Source of the DNA: Promethearchaeota archaeon
GTDB taxonomy: Archaea; Asgardarchaeota; Lokiarchaeia; Sigyniarchaeales; SOKP01
NCBI GenBank assembly: GCA_016839745.1
Contig: JAEOTS010000131.1
Coordinates: 1 to 46,856 of the forward strand
Length of the DNA stretch: 46,856 nucleotides
Reading direction: 5' to 3'
Shown here piece after piece: positions 19,243 through 28,728 of this stretch. Position 1 is the stretch's first letter; every line of letters starts with the position of its first letter. A program made the position numbers and the translations under genes. The notes beneath the pieces were generated by a model. It was not told the DNA's origin, did not search any database, and worked only from the letters and a program-made list of their open reading frames with translations.

Positions 19243-20490
19243 ATGGCTAAACAAGCTCTTGACATTGGTTTTTTTAGCACTATGTATAGTCAGATCAACG
19301 GAACTGCTCATGCTGTTAGATTCCTTTCAGAAGCAATTGCAAATCTTGGCCACAATGTCCATGTATTTGCACCACGAATTCAGAATGGATATAATATACC
19401 AAAAACCTTGCATTTTCACGAAATTGGAGGTGCAATTATCGGACATAATACAGGATTCGTTTTAAGTGCCCCTTTACATAAGATCTTTTTCTGCCAACAC
19501 GATTATTTAGATATTACTCATATCCATACACACGCAGTAGTAGGAACTATGGCTATCAATTGGGCTAAATATTTAGGAATACCTATGATAGGAACTCACA
19601 ATAGTCCTATGCAATATTATACGGCTCAGTATGTCCCTGTAATTGGTAAACTGTTGACTAAAGGAGATCTTATTTGGAGATACGAACGCCATATTGTCGA
19701 TAAATATGATTTTGTTCATGTAGCCACTAAATCTAAAAAAGATTTATTAAGAGATTATCGGTTTAAGGAACCTATTGTATGTATGACTAATGGCATAAGA
19801 GATTTGTATTATACAAATTTAAAAGAGAATGGAATTCGCGAAAAATATGGTTTAGAAGGTAAAAAGGTTCTTCTCTATGCTTCGCGATTATCTCCAGAAA
19901 AACATCCAATAGATATTATTAAAACATTCAAAAGAGTACACGATGAAGTTCCCGATGCGCACTTGTTATTAGTGGGTAGCGCTGGTCCATCAAAGGATCA
20001 CGTGAAACGAATAATAAAGAAGAAACAATATAAAGATTTCGTGTCTTATGCGGGTAGGGTTCCTTTTCCAGATTTGCTAAAGTTGTATAATGCGGCAGAT
20101 TTAACATGTTTATGGTCATGGATTGAAGCTGAAGGGCTTGTATTACTAGAAGCGATGGCCCAAGGAACACCTAATGTTGGAGCAAATGCGTGCGGTATTA
20201 GTAATATAATCCGCCACGGTAAGACAGGGTACTTAGCCAATAACCTTGATCAATTCAAAGATTGTGTCGTAAAACTGTTAAAGGATGATGATCTCAGAGC
20301 AGAATTTGGAAAAAATGCTCAAGAAATTGCTCAACATTATAGAGTAAGTGAGATAGCAAAAACTTGGGCAAAGTTATACAAATTCACTATTGACCAACTC
20401 TATCCATTACGATTTAATAGAGAAGATAGAAAAGTTCGAGTTGAGTTAATTAAAGAATACGTCCAACACTTACCTAATGTGACATTTTAA
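19243..20490 (+). CDS. GT4-family glycosyltransferase (resembles diacylglycerol glucosyltransferases)
   Basis: QINGTAHAV, GHNVHVFAP, HIHT, SRLSPEKH, EAEGLVLLEAMAQGTP (E-x7-E), GKTGYL. Confidence 0.9.
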   Translation: MAKQALDIGFFSTMYSQINGTAHAVRFLSEAIANLGHNVHVFAPRIQNGYNIPKTLHFHEIGGAIIGHNTGFVLSAPLHKIFFCQHDYLDITHIHTHAVVGTMAINWAKYLGIPMIGTHNSPMQYYTAQYVPVIGKLLTKGDLIWRYERHIVDKYDFVHVATKSKKDLLRDYRFKEPIVCMTNGIRDLYYTNLKENGIREKYGLEGKKVLLYASRLSPEKHPIDIIKTFKRVHDEVPDAHLLLVGSAGPSKDHVKRIIKKKQYKDFVSYAGRVPFPDLLKLYNAADLTCLWSWIEAEGLVLLEAMAQGTPNVGANACGISNIIRHGKTGYLANNLDQFKDCVVKLLKDDDLRAEFGKNAQEIAQHYRVSEIAKTWAKLYKFTIDQLYPLRFNREDRKVRVELIKEYVQHLPNVTF

Positions 20491-21173
20491 AAGTTATTGG
20501 TCGTTCTGATGTTTTCTAATTCTGATTTACATTTCTCACATAAATGATTCGACTTACTATCAATTTCTTCAATATTTGCAGAAAACCGCATAACACAATT
20601 ATCATTAAAACAATGTTCAGGACCTAATATTAAATGCCCAATCTCGTGTATAGCTTCTTTTATTATCCTATTTTCAGCTGTTTCACTTTTATAAAAATTC
20701 AATAAATTATGAGTCGAAATTATAGCACAGTTATGTTTAAGATTTGCTTCCCCAAAAAGAAAAAGTAATTTCTCATCACTACTAGAATAAATTGGAAGGT
20801 TTGTCAATCCTAAACCAATAGCTAAATTTTTTTCTGACATTTGGATTTTTATTATTGAATAAAAATTATTAGTCGGATAAAGGATTACTTTTGTTAAAGT
20901 TCTGTCTAATAAGTTAAATTCCTCCTTTGTGTATAAATTATTTAAGCAAGTATCTAAATTCTTCTCCCTAATAAATGTGATATCAAAAAAAAAGGAATCG
21001 AACACTAATTTTATTTGAAATTTTAATTTTTCTAAAATAGATGGAGATATCTTACCAATAAATAAGATTCCCAAATAACAAGGATAGAGGTTTTTAACAT
21101 AGGTTTTTTGATTTAAGTGTAAGTTTAAAGCATGTTTAACTAGAAAATTTTGTTCTTTTCGATATTTTGACAT
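20487..21173 (-). CDS. Archaemetzincin (M54) zinc metalloprotease
   Basis: FLFGEA, KEAIHEIGHLILGPEHC...CVMRFS...EID.K...LCEKC (HExxH plus Cys4 site). Confidence 0.88.
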   Translation of the reverse strand: MSKYRKEQNFLVKHALNLHLNQKTYVKNLYPCYLGILFIGKISPSILEKLKFQIKLVFDSFFFDITFIREKNLDTCLNNLYTKEEFNLLDRTLTKVILYPTNNFYSIIKIQMSEKNLAIGLGLTNLPIYSSSDEKLLFLFGEANLKHNCAIISTHNLLNFYKSETAENRIIKEAIHEIGHLILGPEHCFNDNCVMRFSANIEEIDSKSNHLCEKCKSELENIRTTNNF

Positions 21174-21293
21174 AGTAGAATTATTTTACAATCCGAGTAT
21201 ACTATTTTATAATTCATTATTATTATATATTTAAGTTATTAATAATTTTCATAATTTAAATTATTATTATAAAAAATAAAAAACAATATTATC

Positions 21294-22358
21294 ATGCCAA
21301 CTAACCCTGAGACTTTAGATACTCAAGATGATAGCCGAGAAGATCTTGAACCAAATTTAGTTAGTACTGAACATCAAAAAGAAATTATAGAAAAGGATTT
21401 TGTTCCTCATTTTCTTCCCACATATCGAATTAAATCATCCTTGTATCCTATACCTATTATTATTGCTATAATAATTGCGGGTGTATTAGCTTATCTCACA
21501 TTTTTTGTCGCTGATGTCCAAGTAGATGAGAGTTACTTCCCTGAAGACGAATTTGGAGCCTTAGGTGTTGTATTAAATGGCGTTATTTTCACAGTAATTG
21601 CTGCAATTTCAGCGTTTACGATAATATTTTTCATGCGTAGATTTGGGATGGGGGTATTGAAATATTTGTTTGGATTGAGTTTTGGTTTTGTCAGTTTCTT
21701 TATGACATTAATGTTTTTAGATGTGATAATTTTTTTAATATTTGTTCAATTTCCTGAAACCAATTTCGTGCTCAACTTTTATTTTTTATTCACGAACATC
21801 TATATCCCTGTATTAACAGCAGTTTTAGTATTTCTACTCATTTACAATTATTTTACCTCAAAATCAATTAAAACTAAAAATTTTATTGTATTATATATTA
21901 GCTTATTAGTTAGCGCTTCAATGAGTATAATTTTACCCTTTTGGAGCACACTAGCTATATTAATAGGTATTTCATTGTGGGATATTTTTGCGGTCCTCTA
22001 TAAGCGTGGTCCTATTAAAACAATGATCGATATTGTGTCCAACAATGATGATGAGAGCGGTTTGAGTAAAACTGAGGTTGAAGAGAAAATTAAAAGCGGT
22101 GAAAGCGTATACGATACTTCCAAATTAGAGATAGGAATTGGAGATCTAGCTTTTTATAGTCTACTTACTTCTTCTGTCCTTCTTTTTACTAATAATATAA
22201 TAATCGTTATATTAACAACAGTTGCAATTCTAATTGGTACGGGAATCACAATATCGGGATTAAAACGGAATAAAATTTTACCGGGTCTTCCAATCTCGAT
22301 ATTCATGGGAATAGGTACTTTTGCGATTTATCAATTGATAGTAATTTTTTTTATATGA
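21294..22358 (+). CDS. Presenilin-family (A22A-like) GxGD intramembrane aspartyl protease
   Basis: About 9 TM helices; SLWDIFAVLYKRGPIKTM (cf. PS1 SVYDLVAVLCPKGPLRML), IGIGDLAFYS (LGLGDFIFYS), LPGLPISI (PALPISI). Confidence 0.9.
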   Translation: MPTNPETLDTQDDSREDLEPNLVSTEHQKEIIEKDFVPHFLPTYRIKSSLYPIPIIIAIIIAGVLAYLTFFVADVQVDESYFPEDEFGALGVVLNGVIFTVIAAISAFTIIFFMRRFGMGVLKYLFGLSFGFVSFFMTLMFLDVIIFLIFVQFPETNFVLNFYFLFTNIYIPVLTAVLVFLLIYNYFTSKSIKTKNFIVLYISLLVSASMSIILPFWSTLAILIGISLWDIFAVLYKRGPIKTMIDIVSNNDDESGLSKTEVEEKIKSGESVYDTSKLEIGIGDLAFYSLLTSSVLLFTNNIIIVILTTVAILIGTGITISGLKRNKILPGLPISIFMGIGTFAIYQLIVIFFI

Positions 22359-22434
22359 TTTTTGATTATTTCATATAAGGATTTATTTTCCACATTTATT
22401 TTAATAGCAGAAATTCTTGAGGTATAATATTAAA

Positions 22435-23625
22435 ATGGTAGATTTAAATCGTGTTAAGACATTTGTAGTTGTTGGGGCGGGGACAATGGGCAGGGAAATA
22501 GCACAAGTCGCTCTAATGTCAAATTTATTTGAAAGGGTTATTTTAAACGATATTAATGAAAATGCTCTAATCACTGCAAAAGAATATATAACTAAAGGTC
22601 TTGAGAAAATCGAATCAAAAGGAAAATTGAGGCAAGGTTTAACATCAAAATCATTAATTAACAACCTCTTTACTTCGAAAAATTTAATAACTTCAATTAA
22701 AGAAGCTGATTTTATTGTAGAGGCAATACCAGAAGTAATGGAATTAAAACAAGATTTATTTAAAGAACTAGGGGAATATGCACCAGAGCATGCTGTTCTA
22801 GCAACAAATACCTCAACGATGAGTATTTCTAAAATAGCAGAAGCGTCAAACAGACCCAAACAAGTAATTGGTATGCATTTTTTTACCCCAATTCCTTTAC
22901 TTAGGTTAATTGAATTAATAAAAGGGGAAAAAACATCACAAGAAGCATTTAACATAGGGATAGCCATTGGACAAAAGTTACCGGCACTCAAAGGCAAAAG
23001 ATATATTGCAAAAATAGAAAAAGAAAGTCCAGGATTTATTGTAAATCGCTTAACTATTGCAACAAGCCTCTTATTTAATTGGATTTTAGATATGGCTACT
23101 GATAAAGGGATTCCCTACGAGAAGATCGACAACGATTTTGTGTCTCCCCCTGAATTGGGCCCCTTAGCTAAATGGGATTTTTTAGGTTTAGATGTTATTT
23201 GCGATGTAATGAATTATTTTGTTAAAGAAATATCGCCTGAATTTGCTCCCGGTAAAACATTAACAAACCTTCTCAAAGAAGGTAATCTGGGAAGAAAAAC
23301 GGGGAAAGGTATTTACGAGTGGGTTGAAGGAAAACCTAATATTAAAACTAGTGAAAAAGCAGGATTATTCAACTCAGAACAATATTATGCGATTCAATTA
23401 AACGAAGGCTGTAGACTTTTAGAAGAAGGAATAGTCTCTGGTTATAAGATCATCGATGATACGATGCTAGCTGGTATGGATATGCCAGGACCATTTGGAG
23501 CCGGTAAAAGAAATTACGAAAAATGGTCACTAATGCTAGAAGAACTCGTTAAAACTACCCAAATAAACTACTTTAAGCCTTGTGAAATGATGAAATCGGG
23601 CGCTTTTCTTCCCCTTAGAAAGTAA
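22435..23625 (+). CDS. 3-hydroxyacyl-CoA dehydrogenase (NAD-binding domain plus duplicated C-terminal domain)
   Basis: VVGAGTMG, EAIPE...LKQ, ATNTST, GMHFF, PGFIVNR, LGRKTGKGIY. ATG at 22435; the ORF track starts at TTG 22417. Confidence 0.92.
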   Translation: MVDLNRVKTFVVVGAGTMGREIAQVALMSNLFERVILNDINENALITAKEYITKGLEKIESKGKLRQGLTSKSLINNLFTSKNLITSIKEADFIVEAIPEVMELKQDLFKELGEYAPEHAVLATNTSTMSISKIAEASNRPKQVIGMHFFTPIPLLRLIELIKGEKTSQEAFNIGIAIGQKLPALKGKRYIAKIEKESPGFIVNRLTIATSLLFNWILDMATDKGIPYEKIDNDFVSPPELGPLAKWDFLGLDVICDVMNYFVKEISPEFAPGKTLTNLLKEGNLGRKTGKGIYEWVEGKPNIKTSEKAGLFNSEQYYAIQLNEGCRLLEEGIVSGYKIIDDTMLAGMDMPGPFGAGKRNYEKWSLMLEELVKTTQINYFKPCEMMKSGAFLPLRK

Positions 23626-23738
23626 ATAATTTTTAAAATGGGAGTTCACGCTAGAAGCAATAATAAAATTAAAGTATGAGAATTAAATATTCTAAATCTT
23701 TAATTAAAGTATATTAAAATCAAATTGAATTTTATATT

Positions 23739-24029
23739 TTGACTGAGAAAAATACTAGCCCTCAAACTGGTTTTGAAAAAATAATCGATTTCTTCAACAC
23801 AAATCTTGAAATAAATCGCCCTATAGCTATAGCAGAAGTCGTTGAAAGAACCGGATTTTCGTGGAGCTTTGTGAAAAAAACATTATCTAGAATAAAAGAG
23901 GATTACGACGGATTTCATTTTGAAAAATCCGGGAGCACTTGGATTATTTGGAAAGACAGAAATCATATAATTAAAAAATTAGAGGAAACATGTTCGCGCT
24001 TTTTGGATGAAAATGATGACAATTGCTAA
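23739..24029 (+). CDS. Small winged-helix (HTH) protein
   Basis: IAIAEVVERTGFSWSFVKKTL helix-turn-helix followed by a beta-hairpin (FHFEKSGSTWIIW). Confidence 0.6.
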   Translation: MTEKNTSPQTGFEKIIDFFNTNLEINRPIAIAEVVERTGFSWSFVKKTLSRIKEDYDGFHFEKSGSTWIIWKDRNHIIKKLEETCSRFLDENDDNC

Positions 24030-24054
24030 GGATTATATCATAGGCGTCTAAAAG

Positions 24055-24441
24055 CTAATCTACGATCATCTTCAATGATTTTGGGGGATTATCCGAAAAA
24101 TACATCTGAATAGAAGAAATGTTGAGCTTGTTTAAAGCTGCTGCGTTTTTACACGACGCTACTAAGATTCTTTCCTGATTAAGGAATGGTTGTATTAAGA
24201 TTACTCCATCAGTACAATCAACCAAAATACGTTTTAGATTGCTATCTATTGTTTCGTGAATGAGTTCTCTACCTATACATTTTAGAGCAGCACACATTCC
24301 GGATATAAGAGTTTGATCAGAGGTTTGAACAGAAGAAGCGAGAGCAATCGGAAATCCTTCATTACTCACAACGATGAGATCGTTTATATCATCAATTTCG
24401 CTACATAAATATTCTAAATATTCTGCCAGATCAGAAATCAT
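24055..24441 (-). CDS. Roadblock/LC7 (MglB/LAMTOR-like) protein
   Basis: LIVVSNEGFPIA, ISGMCAAL..IG, LKRILVDCTDGVILI pattern; 128 aa. Confidence 0.88.
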   Translation of the reverse strand: MISDLAEYLEYLCSEIDDINDLIVVSNEGFPIALASSVQTSDQTLISGMCAALKCIGRELIHETIDSNLKRILVDCTDGVILIQPFLNQERILVASCKNAAALNKLNISSIQMYFSDNPPKSLKMIVD

Positions 24442-24752
24442 TACTATAACCTTGGTTTGGTTTTCGCTTAGAAAAATTTAACCAGAAGATGTTAAGAAAC
24501 TTAGATATATATGTCTTTGTGTTGAGAATTATTTTTAAAAGTGATGCAGATATTCGTCAGGTTTTGAAGTTTAATTGAGTAAAATAATATATTCCATATA
24601 AAACATAGCAAACTTTAATGTATTATTCTGGAATCCTCATTATCTCGAGAGTGTGAAATTTCGTTTAAAACTTATATGCTATGATTTATTTTACTACTCA
24701 ATAATTAAAGATTATTTAATGATATTCTAAATCAGATAAGTGAATTTATACT

Positions 24753-25694
24753 ATGAAGATTGAAAAATCAAGCCAAGATCTTGAAAATGAAGTTATCTTT
24801 GGAGAATTATGCATTCATTGCGGAAGTTGTAACGCATTTTGTCCACACATGGATTTCGACAAGGAAACTGGACAAGCTTATGTTGTTGATGAATGTGCTG
24901 AGACTGTAGGTTTGTGTTATAATGCCTGTCCACGCAGTTTTTTACCTATTTCAGAAATCGAGCAAAAAATGTTCGGCCAAACTCGCGTAGATTTAGGCGT
25001 AGGTGTGTATAAGGATATTATCCAAGTGAAATCTAAAAATAAAGACGACATTCTTTATAATTTAGTTTTAGCTGCCTTTGAGTCTGGAGTAACAAATCAT
25101 TTTGTTTTGTCCGAACCCAAAAGCACAAAACCTCCAGTAGCGTTCCCTGTAGTCGTTGATGATGCTAAAACGGCAAAGAATTACATTCCTAAAAAAACAA
25201 TGGATAACGCAGGTCCTTTGATTACCGGAATTGGTCAAGCTTACCTAGACAAGAAACGGGATATTGGTATCATTGGAAACCCTTGCCATTTACAAGGATT
25301 GGCCAAAATACTTACAAGCGACTTCAATACAGGAGCAGAAAGGACTACATTAAAAATTGCTTTCGCTTGCTCATCTGGTGGAATGACTGGTTGTAAATAT
25401 TGCACTGATTTCTCAGGAGAATTCTCAGATATTACTTTCAGTCCTTGGGGTGCACCTAAAGGTTCTAATGAAGCATTTTTGATTATTAGAACTGATGTTG
25501 GCCAAAAAGTCGTCGACAAAGCAATAAAAGATAAATTACTCGAAATTACTTCAAAAGAACCAGATCTTAGCGAGATGAAAAAATTCTTAAACAGGAAAAG
25601 AAAGAAAAATTTCTTAAATTTACTCGGCAGAGATTTAATAACTGCGAAATACCTTAAACTTAACATTGATGAGTTTAAGGATATACTAGAATAA
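24753..25694 (+). CDS. FrhB/FdhB-family F420-interacting beta-subunit-like protein with N-terminal ferredoxin domain
   Basis: CIHCGSCNAFCP, GLCYNACPR, IIGNPCH, GCKYCTDFSGEFSDI, IIRTDVG. Confidence 0.8.
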   Translation: MKIEKSSQDLENEVIFGELCIHCGSCNAFCPHMDFDKETGQAYVVDECAETVGLCYNACPRSFLPISEIEQKMFGQTRVDLGVGVYKDIIQVKSKNKDDILYNLVLAAFESGVTNHFVLSEPKSTKPPVAFPVVVDDAKTAKNYIPKKTMDNAGPLITGIGQAYLDKKRDIGIIGNPCHLQGLAKILTSDFNTGAERTTLKIAFACSSGGMTGCKYCTDFSGEFSDITFSPWGAPKGSNEAFLIIRTDVGQKVVDKAIKDKLLEITSKEPDLSEMKKFLNRKRKKNFLNLLGRDLITAKYLKLNIDEFKDILE

Positions 25695-25785
25695 GAATCT
25701 TAAACTAACTATTTTCTTATTTCTTTTTTTTAAACATTAATCTTAAAATGATTTATAGGTGTTTTTTTTATTATTTATTTTGTAT

Positions 25786-26160
25786 TTAGCTCATATCCAC
25801 AGATCTTGCCAAAAGATAAGCGATTATAAAAACTATCATTGTAATGACAGAAAGAAACCAGAAATAAGTATATAATATATTTATAACCATTATTCCTACT
25901 ACAACTGGTATTGCTGTCAAAAGTAGAATATCTTTACGCTCGATTGGATTACGATCAGCCCATATAAGTAGAATCGTCCATCCTAGCATTAAAAAAGCTC
26001 CCGTTCCCGTTTGATATTTATAAGAGACATCTGTGCTTACATTCGTCATTGTAACTGAAAATTCAAATATTATAGAAATAATCATATCAAGGAAAACCAA
26101 TAGATCAAGAAAAGCACCGTACCAATACGTGAATCTGATAAAAATAATTTTTTTTTCCAT
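25786..26160 (-). CDS. Small 4-TM membrane protein
   Basis: Four hydrophobic segments; LMLGWTILLIWADRNPIERKDILLLT; GGTGA SD upstream. Confidence 0.8.
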   Translation of the reverse strand: MEKKIIFIRFTYWYGAFLDLLVFLDMIISIIFEFSVTMTNVSTDVSYKYQTGTGAFLMLGWTILLIWADRNPIERKDILLLTAIPVVVGIMVINILYTYFWFLSVITMIVFIIAYLLARSVDMS

Positions 26161-26273
26161 TTATCTCACCATTTAAATGAGTTTAATTAGTCTTAATAGT
26201 ACTCGCTTGTTAAAATTAATTATTTCGTTGTTAAAATCATAAAAAGAAAAAGAAATATTATTAAAAAAAAAGA

Positions 26274-27044
26274 TTATTTATTTTTTATAGCTGAAAAAAT
26301 GCCAAAACCACCGAATCGCTGATATGAAAGCTCTTGAAACCCATGCTTTTCAATAAGTTTGCGCCAGTATTTATAAGGTTTAAACACAAAACAAAAGATT
26401 CCTATAAATATAATTGTAAGTAAGGAGTTCCTATTCCATTCACTAACATATAAATATCCTCCAGGCTTTAAAACTCGATTTGCTTCATCTAATGCTTTTT
26501 CAGGGCCATTCTCCATATGAAGTTCATGTAATACTGAAGAAAAATTGACTATATCAAATTTTCCATTATCAAATGGGATATCAATTGCAGTACCATATTG
26601 AAATGTTGTTCGATCTTCAACCTCTTCGATTCTGGCATTCTTCTGTACAGTATAAAGTGAATTCCCTGCTATTGCTTTCTTCTCATAGATATCTATTCCA
26701 GTTAGGTGTCCTCCATTTTGTAAAATTTTAGCAATTTTCACTGCTGTTCTGCCAGTACCACACCCTACATCTAAGATTTGTAGTGATTCTGTTTTGTAGA
26801 GAGCTTCCATACTTTTATCTAAATACAAAGTATCACCAATCGTAAGATTAAGAGCTGTCATTCCAACACCTGGCCATAGAAACAAAAACATAAGGACCAC
26901 ACCAATACAAATAAGAATGATTCTTAAAATACCATGTAAATATAGCCCAAAAATCAAAGTAATTAAACCTATAAGACCAATAATAATGAAACTGATGATT
27001 AAATCTCTTACATACCATCCATACTTAGGTTTTTCTTCTTTCAA
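26274..27044 (-). CDS. Membrane-anchored class I SAM-dependent methyltransferase
   Basis: Two N-terminal TM helices; ILDVGCGTG, GIDIY, IPFDNGKFDIV, RVLKPGG. Confidence 0.9.
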   Translation of the reverse strand: MKEEKPKYGWYVRDLIISFIIIGLIGLITLIFGLYLHGILRIILICIGVVLMFLFLWPGVGMTALNLTIGDTLYLDKSMEALYKTESLQILDVGCGTGRTAVKIAKILQNGGHLTGIDIYEKKAIAGNSLYTVQKNARIEEVEDRTTFQYGTAIDIPFDNGKFDIVNFSSVLHELHMENGPEKALDEANRVLKPGGYLYVSEWNRNSLLTIIFIGIFCFVFKPYKYWRKLIEKHGFQELSYQRFGGFGIFSAIKNK

Positions 27045-27077
27045 TTTACATAACCCTAAACTTTAATTGATTATTAC

Positions 27078-27134
27078 TTGTGACTAAGTGTCGCGACTAT
27101 TTAAATGTTGTTGTGTCATGACCTATAGTCACAA
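27078..27134. promoter_or_regulatory. Inverted-repeat operator between the divergent methyltransferase and TrmB genes
   Basis: TTGTGACTA-N3-GTCGCGAC (27078-27097) and GTCATGAC-N3-TAGTCACAA (27115-27134); arms match at 15/20 positions and flank TATTTAAAT. Confidence 0.7.
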
Positions 27135-27167
27135 CCTTTTTATAGTTGAAAACCTAAATAATAATTA

Positions 27168-28028
27168 ATGGCAGATAATACAACTGAAGAATACATACGA
27201 GGTTTGGAAAAAACAGGATTAACACGGGAAGAAGCTTTAATTTATATTACTCTTATACAACATGGCAAAAAGGGAACGTATATTAAAGATTTAACAGATC
27301 ATCTACCTATAAAAAGGACAACAATCTACTCTATCCTTAATAGACTTCATGATAGGGGGTGTGTAAGAGAAAACTCAGAATATGAGGGTCCTAAAGGTGC
27401 GAAAATCTATGCCGCAATAAGTCCTGAATTGTATATGAGTAGAATAATAAATAAGAAGAAAAAGGAATTTGAAATACTTGAAAAAATTGAATTAGATGTT
27501 ATTGATAGATTAGAAACCATGTATTTAGAGAGTATTGAATTTTCTGTCAATGAAATTGATGATTTTTTGAAACCATATTTGAGTCCTCTTTATGAAAAAG
27601 GCTGGAAAGTTATTGAGCATATTGTCGAGAAATTTCAGATCACACATGAATTTGAAGCGTACGATACTACTTTGTTGGTCCCCGATGCAAAAATTGTAAA
27701 AGATGCTGGATTTATGGTATTTAAGTACAATCGAGATGTTGAAAATGATGAAAACACATTGAATTATATGTTTGATATGCTTTCAAGAAAAGGTAAGGAG
27801 GAAGTTTTAAATAAGGGTATAGGAATAGAGGATGTCGAGTTAATTGAAAGTGTAATTGAGATTAAAGGTAAAAAATTTAAAGGACATTCACCTAAATTTA
27901 AATTTGAACATACAGATAAATATATACAAATGACAGAGACGGTAATGATTCCCATTAAAGATAAGATATTTTTTATGTGGGCTGAAAATCATAAATTCAT
28001 CTTGGAAATGGCAGATAGAATACTGTAG
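27168..28028 (+). CDS. TrmB-family transcriptional regulator
   Basis: LEKTGLTREEALIYITL...IKRTTIYSILNRLHDRG...IYAAISPE TrmB wHTH signature; C-terminal domain not recognised. Confidence 0.88.
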   Translation: MADNTTEEYIRGLEKTGLTREEALIYITLIQHGKKGTYIKDLTDHLPIKRTTIYSILNRLHDRGCVRENSEYEGPKGAKIYAAISPELYMSRIINKKKKEFEILEKIELDVIDRLETMYLESIEFSVNEIDDFLKPYLSPLYEKGWKVIEHIVEKFQITHEFEAYDTTLLVPDAKIVKDAGFMVFKYNRDVENDENTLNYMFDMLSRKGKEEVLNKGIGIEDVELIESVIEIKGKKFKGHSPKFKFEHTDKYIQMTETVMIPIKDKIFFMWAENHKFILEMADRIL

Positions 28029-28115
28029 ATTGAAATAAATAAGATGAATTTCTTAAAGAGGTTTAAGAGAAATTGGTTAGAATTAGATTGTTTTATTTTA
28101 ATCCCTACAGATTCT

Positions 28116-28667
28116 TTAAATAATGTCTCTTTGTTTTAACATTGCTTCTGTGAGCATTTCAAACGCATTTCTATTGTTTTCCCCTGTTTTTGAGCTCGTT
28201 TCGATAAGATAAGGAATGTTTAATTCTTTTTGGAACTCCTCGGCTTCCGATCGTTCAACAGTCCGTCTATATGAAGCGAGGTCAGCTTTTCCACCGATAA
28301 GTAGAAATACAGTATCAGTGTTAGTATTCTGCTTTACGATATCATACCATTCTTGGAGATTTTGAAAGCTCGTATACCTTGTTATATCGTAGCATAATAA
28401 ACAACCTTGAGCACCTCTTGCATAATTTGGTAAAAAGAATCGAAAGCGTCGCTCGCCTGCGAAATCCCATATCTGTAACTTCACGGAAATGTCTTCATAA
28501 TTTATGTCGTAGGATGCCAAGTCAGTACCAATTGTAATTTTCATCGGTACGAACTGTCCAGTGATCAATCGCTGTATCATTGTGCTCTTACCAACACCAC
28601 CATCTCCTACAACGACAATCTTAAAGAGATATTGATGTTTTTGATTTGGTTGTTGCGACATCTCCAT
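28116..28667 (-). CDS. Rab-like small GTPase
   Basis: YLFKIVVVGDGGVGKS, TIGTD, KLQIWDFAGERRFR, YARGAQG.LL.YDIT, GGKAD, ETSSK; no C-terminal prenylation Cys. Confidence 0.92.
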   Translation of the reverse strand: MEMSQQPNQKHQYLFKIVVVGDGGVGKSTMIQRLITGQFVPMKITIGTDLASYDINYEDISVKLQIWDFAGERRFRFFLPNYARGAQGCLLCYDITRYTSFQNLQEWYDIVKQNTNTDTVFLLIGGKADLASYRRTVERSEAEEFQKELNIPYLIETSSKTGENNRNAFEMLTEAMLKQRDII

Positions 28668-28728
28668 GCAATTATTTAAATTTTATAATTATAATAAATT
28701 AAGTTTTAATAAACTTTTTTTCAATAAT

